A DNA stretch of 64,000 nt from an uncultured Acidaminobacter sp. GTDB taxonomy: Bacteria > Bacillota > Clostridia > Peptostreptococcales > Acidaminobacteraceae. This document shows positions 56,716 through 64,000 of the stretch, one piece after another. The stretch's first letter is position 1, and each line of letters opens with the position of its first letter. The stretch covers positions 6,870 to 70,869 of the forward strand of contig CAXXWB010000045.1 of the NCBI GenBank assembly GCA_963677505.2, in the 5' to 3' direction. Made by a program: the position numbers and the translations under genes. The notes beneath the pieces are model-generated. The model worked only from the letters and a program-made list of their open reading frames with translations, did not search any database and had not been told where the DNA came from.

Positions 56716-58461
56716 ATGATACGTAAACTGACAAAATATTATAAACCTCATATGAAGTTGTTCCTATTGGATATGTTCTTTGCATTTTTAATTGCAGCCA
56801 TCGACTTGATTTTTCCAATGCTTTCAAGAGATGTGGTCTCTGAAATCATTCCATCGGCTAATATGGCATTGCTGTTAAGATTCACAATCATTGCGGTGGT
56901 TTTGTATGTCTTAAGAATGTACTGTACCTATTTTATTGCTTATTACGGGCACATGATGGGCGCCAGTATCGAATATGATATGAAAAATGAACTCTTTGAC
57001 CATATGCAAAAACTACACCACAAATATTTTGATAAAACCAGAACGGGACAGATCATGAACCGTTTTACAGGAGATCTTTTTGAAATATCAGAAATGACCC
57101 ACCACGGTCCAGAAGATTTCTTTATATCCATTGTTATGTTGGTTGGAGGTTTTCTACTCTTAATGACAATTGATATACCTCTAACCCTAATTATGTACTC
57201 CGTGGTCTTAGTCCTCGTTTGGTTTGCCTATTTTAGAAGAACCCATATGAGTCGTGCTTTTAAGGCGCAAAAAGCCACAGCGGCGGATCTGAATGCAAAA
57301 CTTGAGAACAGTGTTAGTGGCATACGCTTAGCTAAGGCTTTTTGCAACGAAGAATATGAAAAAGAAAGATTTGACGAATACAATCTTGCCTACTACGAAT
57401 CTAAAGATGAAGCCTATCATCAAATGGGTATATTTGCATCCATCAACGGTTTCTTGACGGACTTATTGAATTTAAGTGTCATGTCCTTTGGCGGCTATTT
57501 TGTCTACAGAGGTTGGATTAACCTTGGGGACCTGATTGCCTTTATCCTCTTTGCAAACTTTATGCTGAAGCCAGTCAGAAGACTTATGGACTTTGTTCAA
57601 CAGTGGCAACAAGGGATGGCCGGGTTTGAGCGCTTTATTGAAATTATGAACGTCGACCCTGAAATTCAGGACAAACCTCATGCCAAGGCATTAACCCATC
57701 TGGAAGGCAAAATTAATTTTAACAATGTAGACTTCCGTTATTCCAATGAAGATGAATACGTTCTTAAAAACTTTAATCTGACCATTAACAAAGGAGAAAC
57801 TGTAGCCCTTGTAGGCTCTTCTGGGGTTGGAAAAACCACCATTGCCCACCTTATTCCTCGGTTTTATGAAATAGAGTCTGGCGTTATTAGCATTGACGAC
57901 CAAGACATACAAGGCTTGACACTCCAATCCTTGCGGGGCCGAATTGGCTTTGTGGGACAGGATGTTTTGATTTTTTATGGCACAATTGAAGACAATATTA
58001 GATACGGCAATCCTTTAGCGAGCTTCGATGAAATTGTCAGTGCTGCAAAGAAAGCCAACATACACGAATTCATCGAGGGTTTAGAACAAGGTTATCAAAC
58101 CATTGTTGGAGAAAGAGGCATTATGCTTTCTGGCGGTCAAAAGCAGAGACTGTCTATTGCCAGACTGTTCCTGAAAAATCCTGATATTCTCATACTAGAT
58201 GAAGCCACATCAGCTCTCGATAATGAAAATGAAGCTATTGTTCAAAGTGCCATAGAGGCTTTAGCAAAAGGACGAACCAGCTTGATTATTGCACATAGAC
58301 TGTCAACCATTCGCGGAGCAGATCGAATTGTGGTTATGGATCAAGGTGGTATTACGGAACAGGGAACCCATCAAGAACTCATTGATAAAAAAGGCGCGTT
58401 CTTCCGATTTTATGACCTTCAGCAAAAATCCATCCCATCTGTAGAAATGAACAACTTATAA
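56716..58461 (+). CDS. ABC exporter, fused permease/ATPase (MsbA/MdlB-like)
   Basis: 581 aa. Walker A GSSGVGKTT; signature LSGGQKQRLSIAR; Walker B ILILDEATS. Confidence 0.85.
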   Translation: MIRKLTKYYKPHMKLFLLDMFFAFLIAAIDLIFPMLSRDVVSEIIPSANMALLLRFTIIAVVLYVLRMYCTYFIAYYGHMMGASIEYDMKNELFDHMQKLHHKYFDKTRTGQIMNRFTGDLFEISEMTHHGPEDFFISIVMLVGGFLLLMTIDIPLTLIMYSVVLVLVWFAYFRRTHMSRAFKAQKATAADLNAKLENSVSGIRLAKAFCNEEYEKERFDEYNLAYYESKDEAYHQMGIFASINGFLTDLLNLSVMSFGGYFVYRGWINLGDLIAFILFANFMLKPVRRLMDFVQQWQQGMAGFERFIEIMNVDPEIQDKPHAKALTHLEGKINFNNVDFRYSNEDEYVLKNFNLTINKGETVALVGSSGVGKTTIAHLIPRFYEIESGVISIDDQDIQGLTLQSLRGRIGFVGQDVLIFYGTIEDNIRYGNPLASFDEIVSAAKKANIHEFIEGLEQGYQTIVGERGIMLSGGQKQRLSIARLFLKNPDILILDEATSALDNENEAIVQSAIEALAKGRTSLIIAHRLSTIRGADRIVVMDQGGITEQGTHQELIDKKGAFFRFYDLQQKSIPSVEMNNL

Positions 58462-58470
58462 TAGAACTAA

Positions 58471-58509
58471 AAAACTGCTTCTGTCCCTTGAGACAGAAGC
58501 AGTTTTTTG
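58471..58509 (+). terminator. Rho-independent terminator
   Basis: aaaactgcttctgtc / gacagaagcagtttt 15-bp stem followed by T-run. Confidence 0.75.
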
Positions 58510-58561
58510 TTTCAATACTTGCATTATATGGGTAAAAAGATTATACTAAGTTATCAAATGC

Positions 58562-58582
58562 AAATGCGAGGTATTCTCATTT
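58562..58582 (+). promoter_or_regulatory. Candidate Zur/Fur-family operator upstream of znuA
   Basis: Inverted repeat AAATGCGA-n5-TCTCATTT (7/8 complementary) between a TATACT -10-like box and the RBS of the zinc-uptake operon that ends with a Fur-family gene. Confidence 0.3.
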
Positions 58583-58598
58583 AAGGAGGTCACAAATT

Positions 58599-59588
58599 TT
58601 GAAAATCACAAAAAAAAGAATTTCAGTTCTAATGATATTATCAATCCTATTGTTGGCAACTACTGGTTGTAACAGCACAAAAACACAACCAGCGGCTAGC
58701 AACAAACCAACAGTTACAGATGCAACTAAACAGATTCAGGTAATCGCCACTTTATTTCCACAGTATGACTTTACCAAAGCCATTGCAGGGGATAAGGTAA
58801 GCGTTCGCTTGCTAATGCCACCAGGTACCGAAGCCCACAGTTATGAGCCTACACCTAAAGATTTAGTAGATATTAAAAATGCTGACGTTTTCATATATAC
58901 TTCCTTTGCAATGGAACCATGGGTTGAGAAAATAATTGCAGAAGCCAACCCAAATACGTTAATCATAGACGCAACTGAGGGTGTGAAGTACTATACAGCC
59001 AAAGAAATGGGTATCCCAAATCATGACAATGATTCAGACCATGATCATAACGGCGTAGATCCTCATGTATGGTTGGATCCTGCAAATGCCAGTATTATGG
59101 CTGGGAATATTGCCAAGGGCCTTATGAAAATTGACGCCGACAATGCTAACTTTTATAAAGAGAACTTAGTAGCATATCAGGCGGATCTCACTGCTTTAGA
59201 TTTAGAAATTGCAGACACCCTTGGTAAGTTTAAGAGCAAAGAAATTATCTTTGCAGGGCATTTTGCTTTTGGGTATTTCTCTAAAAAATATGATATTGTA
59301 TACCATTCTCCATACGAAGGGTTTTCGCCTGATACAGAACCATCACCTCAAAACATAGCGGCTATGATTGATTTGATGAAATCAGAAAAGCAAAAAGTTG
59401 TTTATTACGAAGAACTAATTGATCCTAAAATTGCACGGGTTATAGCTTCGGAAACCGATGCAGAAATGGTAATGCTTCACGCTGCCCACAACGTTTCTAA
59501 AGAAGATTTATCAATGGGTCTGACTTATATACAAATTATGAAAGAAAATCTGTTAAAATTAAAGAAAGGGTTGGCTGGGCATGAGTAA
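58599..59588 (+). CDS. znuA: Zinc/metal ABC transporter substrate-binding lipoprotein
   Basis: 329 aa. TTG start after AAGGAGG; lipobox LLATTGC; His/Asp-rich loop HDNDSDHDHNGVDPH. Confidence 0.8.
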   Translation: MKITKKRISVLMILSILLLATTGCNSTKTQPAASNKPTVTDATKQIQVIATLFPQYDFTKAIAGDKVSVRLLMPPGTEAHSYEPTPKDLVDIKNADVFIYTSFAMEPWVEKIIAEANPNTLIIDATEGVKYYTAKEMGIPNHDNDSDHDHNGVDPHVWLDPANASIMAGNIAKGLMKIDADNANFYKENLVAYQADLTALDLEIADTLGKFKSKEIIFAGHFAFGYFSKKYDIVYHSPYEGFSPDTEPSPQNIAAMIDLMKSEKQKVVYYEELIDPKIARVIASETDAEMVMLHAAHNVSKEDLSMGLTYIQIMKENLLKLKKGLAGHE

Positions 59589-60309
59589 TCCTATATTATC
59601 CGTTAAAAATTTAAACGTTAGCTATGGTAAACAGCAAATACTTAATGGACTGAGTTTTGAAATTGAAAAAGGGGATTATGTAGGCATTGTTGGAGCTAAC
59701 GGTTCAGGAAAAACCACTTTGGTAAGAGTGCTTTTAGGTCTGATTCAGCCTAATTCAGGAGACGTTAAATTTTCTCGTGGCAAAGACACCGCCATTGGAT
59801 ATCTGCCTCAGCGAACTTTGGTCAATGACAGTTTCTTTCCTGCACAAGTTGATGAAATCGTTGGAACTGGCCTTATGGGCAGTCCAGAAGGTCGATTGAT
59901 GAAGCGCAGTGAAAAACAACAACGTATTAAAGATACCCTGACGCTCCTCAATATGGATGGCTTTTTAAAGCGAAAAATTGGTTCTTTATCCATTGGGCAA
60001 CAACAAAGAGTCCTTCTTGCCAGAGCCTTAGTTTCCAGACCCGATTTACTGATTCTGGACGAGCCTACCAGTTCCTTAGATCCGAAGATAAGAGAAGAAT
60101 TTTATGAAATGCTCCATCATCTGCACTTAAAACATCAGGTGACCATACTTCAGGTTTCCCACGATGTGAGCAGCATGGACCTATACATGAATAAACTTTT
60201 GCTCATGGGATTTGATGAAGTCCTATTTGGTAATTATCAAGACCTAAAAGATTCTCACGGGGGTCACATCCATGGTTTAGAAATTCAGCCCAAAGGGAGG
60301 ATTGAATAA
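59581..60309 (+). CDS. znuC: Zinc/metal ABC transporter ATP-binding protein
   Basis: 242 aa. Walker A GANGSGKTT; signature LSIGQQQR; Walker B LLILDEPTS. Confidence 0.85.
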   Translation: MSNPILSVKNLNVSYGKQQILNGLSFEIEKGDYVGIVGANGSGKTTLVRVLLGLIQPNSGDVKFSRGKDTAIGYLPQRTLVNDSFFPAQVDEIVGTGLMGSPEGRLMKRSEKQQRIKDTLTLLNMDGFLKRKIGSLSIGQQQRVLLARALVSRPDLLILDEPTSSLDPKIREEFYEMLHHLHLKHQVTILQVSHDVSSMDLYMNKLLLMGFDEVLFGNYQDLKDSHGGHIHGLEIQPKGRIE

Positions 60310-61102
60310 TGAATAGTTATGTGGATTTATTCTTTCAAGCCTTTCAATATGACTTCATTATAGACGCATTATTGGTAGGGGTTTTAGTAGCTATTAGCTG
60401 CTCCATGCTAGGCACTTTTCTGGTTTTGAGAAAGCTTTCACTTATAGGAGATGGACTTGCTCATGTAAGTTTTGCAGCGGTTGCCATTGCTATGCTCACC
60501 GCACAATCTCCTTTAGTAGTAGGCATTCCCATCGTGACGGGGGCTTCTTTACTGATATTAAAACTTCACGAAAAAACCAACATACACGGAGACGCAGCAA
60601 TTGGATTGGTTTCCTCAATGTCCATTGCCATAGGGGTAATGCTTTCTAGCTTGTCTGGCGGCTACAATGTAGATTTGTTCAGCTATTTGTTTGGTAGTTT
60701 ATTGGTCATTAGTAATATGGACTTATTCTTGTCATTAACTTTAGCACTAACCGTTGTGATCTCAGTGATTTTGTTATATCCTAAACTTTTCGCCATAACT
60801 TTTGATGAAGAATATGCTCAGATATTAGGCATTAATATTAAACATATGAATTACCTTTTAAGTATTTTGACAGCAGTGACCATCGCTCTTGGTATTCGAA
60901 TTGTAGGGACAATGCTTATTTCAAGTATGATTATATTTCCTGCAATTACAGCCCTTCAAGTTACCAACTCTTTTAAATCCACATTATTTTTGGGGTTGCA
61001 GTTTCAAGTCTTTCAGTGGTCTTGGGGGTACTCAGTTCTTTTGTCTTCAACTTGCCTTCAGGGGCAACCATTGTCATTATCAATGGCGTCTTTTTGCAAT
61101 GA
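60309..61102 (+). pseudogene. znuB: Zinc/metal ABC transporter permease with an apparent 1-nt frameshift near 60990
   Basis: The ORF-track tail (..LQFQVFQWSWGYS..) is out of frame. Shifting at tttttgggg restores ..GVAVSSLSVVLGVLSSFVFNLPSGATIVIINGVFLQ, ending at TGA 61100-61102. Confidence 0.7.
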
Positions 61103-61150
61103 GTTATACTTACCGTAAAATTGTCATACAAAGCTGAGGTGCTATTTAAT

Positions 61151-61573
61151 ATGGATATATTAAGTTCTGAAACTCTACTTAAGGAAAAAGGTCTAAAAAC
61201 CACAAAGCAGCGGTTAATTTTATTAAAAGTTCTATTAGATGCACCCATGCCTTTAAACGCAGATATGATTCTGGAAAAAATGAAATTGTCTTTGGCAGGC
61301 TGTAATTTATCCACGGTGTACAGAAATATGGAAATTCTTCTCAACAGAGATGTGATTCATGAAATAACCATTGATCAAAAATCTTATTATGCCATTAATC
61401 AAAGCCAACACGGGCATTATATTCAGTGTGTTCGTTGTAAAGAAATGACTCGGATTGAAGGCTGTCCCTTAGAATCTTATGAAAGGGAGTTAGAAAACAA
61501 GACAGGGTATAAAGTCATTAAACATCGTGTTGAGCTTTTTGGTATTTGTAAAAAATGTGCCAAGAATTGCTAA
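61151..61573 (+). CDS. zur: Fur-family metalloregulator (probable Zur)
   Basis: About 140 aa from ATG 61151. LKTTKQRLILLKVL HTH region; HGHYIQCVRC..CP and CKKC zinc sites. Last gene of the znu operon. Confidence 0.7.
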   Translation: MDILSSETLLKEKGLKTTKQRLILLKVLLDAPMPLNADMILEKMKLSLAGCNLSTVYRNMEILLNRDVIHEITIDQKSYYAINQSQHGHYIQCVRCKEMTRIEGCPLESYERELENKTGYKVIKHRVELFGICKKCAKNC

Positions 61574-61619
61574 GTTACTGTTATAATAGAATTGTAATCT
61601 TAGCAATATTGGAGGCATT

Positions 61620-62985
61620 ATGAAAAAAATCAAAATTGACAAATCCTTTATGAGAACCATGATGGTTATCGGTATTCCTGTAATGGTTCAAAACTTCTTA
61701 TCCACTGCTCTTAATTTGATTGACACCTTGATGATAGGGCAGGTTGGCAAAAATGAACTCGCTGCAGTTGGTTTAGCCACCAGCTTTTTTTGTGATGATT
61801 CTTTTAATATTTGGCATAAATAGTGGCGCCTCTGTCTTTATTGCTCAGTTTTGGGGACGAAGGGACGAGAAAAATATTAAAAAAACTATGGGAATTGGCT
61901 TAATATTTGGTGGGATTGTCAGCTCGATATTTCTACTAATTGGTCAAATTTTTCCAGAACAGGTCATGTCAATTCTCAGTGATGGAAACCCTACACTGAT
62001 TGCCCATGGGACCATCTATCTAAAAATCGTATCATGGTCCTACATATTAACAGCCATTTCATTTTCTTTCTCAGTGGCTGCAAGAAGTATTGCCCAAGCT
62101 ACAATGCCTACCGTGGTCAGCGCTATTTCTGTATTGATTAACGCTGTGTTAAATTACGTTTTGATTTACGGCCAATTTGGTTTTCCTCAAATGGGGGTTG
62201 CGGGCGCAGCTTTAGCGACGACCATTGCAAGAGGCGTTGAAATGATTACTATAATTGTTATACTTTACAGTCAAAACAGTCCCTTGGCAGCGCGATTCAA
62301 AGAACTTTTCAATTTTGATCGTCAATATTTAAAAACTGTAATGACCACTTCATTGCCTGTTATCATCAATGAGTCTATGTGGGCTGTGGGTAATGTTATG
62401 TACACCATCGCCATTGCAAAAATCAGTGCAGATGCCGTTGCCTCTTACCAAGTGGGTATTTCTGTATACCGTTTCTTTTATGAAGTGGTGTTTATAGGCT
62501 TTGCCAGTGCTTGTCAGGTCATGATTGGCAATAGCATTGGAGCTGGCAGAGAAGACGAAGCCAAATCTCATGCAAAGCATTTCCTATGGTTGAATCAAAT
62601 CGGGGCCGTTTTCATCGTTGCAGCCCTATACTTTACCGCTTCGTGGAACGTCTCCCTATTCGGTCTACCTCCAGAAGTCAGTAACAGTGCGGCTAATCTG
62701 GTAAAACTTTATGGTATATTTTCCTTCTTTAAGTGCTTTAATCTATTAATGATTGTAGGTATTTTACGTGGAGGCGGGGACACCCACTTTGCTATGCGAG
62801 TAGAGCTTGCAGCCGTATGGCTGGTTGGTGTGCCATTATCTTTCATTTGTGCTGTAATGCTTCATTGGTCTGTAGAGTGGACAGTAACCGCTATGCTGAT
62901 GGAAGAAGTGGTTAAGTCGGTATTCTGCTATTACCGGTATATGAGTAAAAAATGGTGTCGCAATGTTATAGGAGAATTTAATTAA
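61620..62985 (+). pseudogene. MATE family efflux transporter with an apparent frameshift in a T7 run (about 61785)
   Basis: The 61620-61823 and 61792-62985 pieces join as ..AAVGLATSFF|VMMILLIFGINSGASVFIAQFWG... Confidence 0.7.
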
Positions 62986-63005
62986 TTTTGCTGGAGGATG
63001 GCATT

Positions 63006-64000
63006 ATGGAAGTGAAGCTGGATAAAACCACAAGCATTTTAAATAAATCATCCATCGTCTTGTTTGAATGGGATGTGGAAGCTGAAGTCACCCTTAATTT
63101 TGTGTCTGATAGCATAGGGGCTTTTGGCTATACACCTGAAGACTTTTATACAGGTGAATTTGCTGAATTTTGGCCATTTATCTATGAGGCAGACCGTGAA
63201 AAGGCAAAGCGGACCATTCACGATGCTAGAATGCGTCAGCAAAAGGAAATTCGGCATAATTATAGAGTGATTTGCAAAAGTGGAAAAGTGAAATGGGTAG
63301 AAGAACTGGTTATCTTTGAAAAAGACCACTATGGCGAAATAATAAAAGAGTTAGGTGTTATTTACGATGTGACTAAGCAAAAACAAATGGAAGAAATAAT
63401 TGCGAGAAGCGAGCGTAAATATCGTAATTTATTTGAAAAAGGGCCCACATTACTTTTACAGTTAGATTCAGATGGAAAAATTGTAACGGTAAATAAAGCC
63501 GCTCTTAGCGTTTTAGAATATCGTAAGCATGAACTTATGGGAATGCCTTTAAGTCAGCTGATGGTTGAGCCTTCTGAAAATTTTCTAGTAGAGTTGCTGA
63601 AGGAACCTTCCCAAATTCCTACTGAACTCAGTATAATAAATAAAGGCAATCAAGTGGTAACCCTTTCTGTTCTCAACCATCGCCTAGATATTGACGATCT
63701 TACGAGAGAACACTACTTGATTGGGCAAAATATAACGCAAATGAAGGCGAATGAAAAACAAATTCAATATTTAAGCTATCATGACCAATTAACAGGTTTA
63801 TTTAATGCCAATTATTTCGATGCCTACTTAAAACAGTTGAATGAGGAAACTGGTCGACATTATGCCGTCGTACTGGGACAGCTTTATCAACTAAAGAAGA
63901 CGTGTGAACTCTTCGGACAAAAGTTAGGCGAAGAGTTGGTATTGGCCGTTACAGAAATCCTTAAGAACAGTTGCAGACAAACCGACATTGTGTGCCGAGT
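63006..64000 (+). CDS. PAS-PAS-GGDEF diguanylate cyclase (3' end outside the window)
   Basis: ATG 63006 after GGAGGA. Open to the window end, so absent from the ORF track. PAS-like segments; GGDEF domain start YLSYHDQLTGLFNANYF. Confidence 0.75.
   Translation, partial: MEVKLDKTTSILNKSSIVLFEWDVEAEVTLNFVSDSIGAFGYTPEDFYTGEFAEFWPFIYEADREKAKRTIHDARMRQQKEIRHNYRVICKSGKVKWVEELVIFEKDHYGEIIKELGVIYDVTKQKQMEEIIARSERKYRNLFEKGPTLLLQLDSDGKIVTVNKAALSVLEYRKHELMGMPLSQLMVEPSENFLVELLKEPSQIPTELSIINKGNQVVTLSVLNHRLDIDDLTREHYLIGQNITQMKANEKQIQYLSYHDQLTGLFNANYFDAYLKQLNEETGRHYAVVLGQLYQLKKTCELFGQKLGEELVLAVTEILKNSCRQTDIVCR

Noticed and set aside
1-64000. Integron integrase (intI) or any tyrosine recombinase within the window.
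   Set aside because: None of the ORFs shows tyrosine-recombinase features. Cassette orientation predicts intI and attI upstream of position 1, outside the window, so completeness of the integron cannot be judged here.

Overview
The window has three parts. (1) Positions 1-26231 are a one-directional array of 24 integron-type gene cassettes. Short +strand ORFs are each followed by a highly conserved 119- or 125-nt attC-like imperfect palindrome. The ORFs are mostly hypothetical or membrane proteins, plus four GNAT acetyltransferases, a SAM methyltransferase, a MazG-like protein, a VOC/glyoxalase protein and two copies of a Phd/Doc-type toxin-antitoxin cassette. Cassette modularity is visible directly: the bases after G|TT of each site are complementary to the start of the NEXT site. 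This complementarity runs about 17-19 nt, beyond the canonical R box. No integron integrase is in the window; it is expected upstream of position 1. The array also holds two diverged IS3-family copies inserted at the same offset from an attC, an IS200-type element splitting a GIY-YIG gene, a tandemly duplicated cassette with a candidate structured RNA, an ORF-less cassette and one truncated attC. (2) 26.3-31.4 kb is a zone of multiply frameshifted genes, including uppP. (3) 31.4-64 kb looks like ordinary low-GC Gram-positive (Clostridia-like) core genome: MBL hydrolases, GNATs, a TtcA-like PP-loop ATPase, prs, an Xaa-Pro peptidase, tRNA-Sec, plsY, photolyase, a 1431-aa BcrAD/HgdC-type activase fusion, AlaX, an Eco57I/TaqI-like adenine methyltransferase, an ECF S component, map, comEC-holA, an ABC exporter, znuACB-zur, a MATE pump and a partial PAS-GGDEF protein. 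Several apparent frameshifts sit in homopolymer runs, so sequence quality should be checked before calling pseudogenes. Protein family calls come from motifs read by eye. No searches were run.
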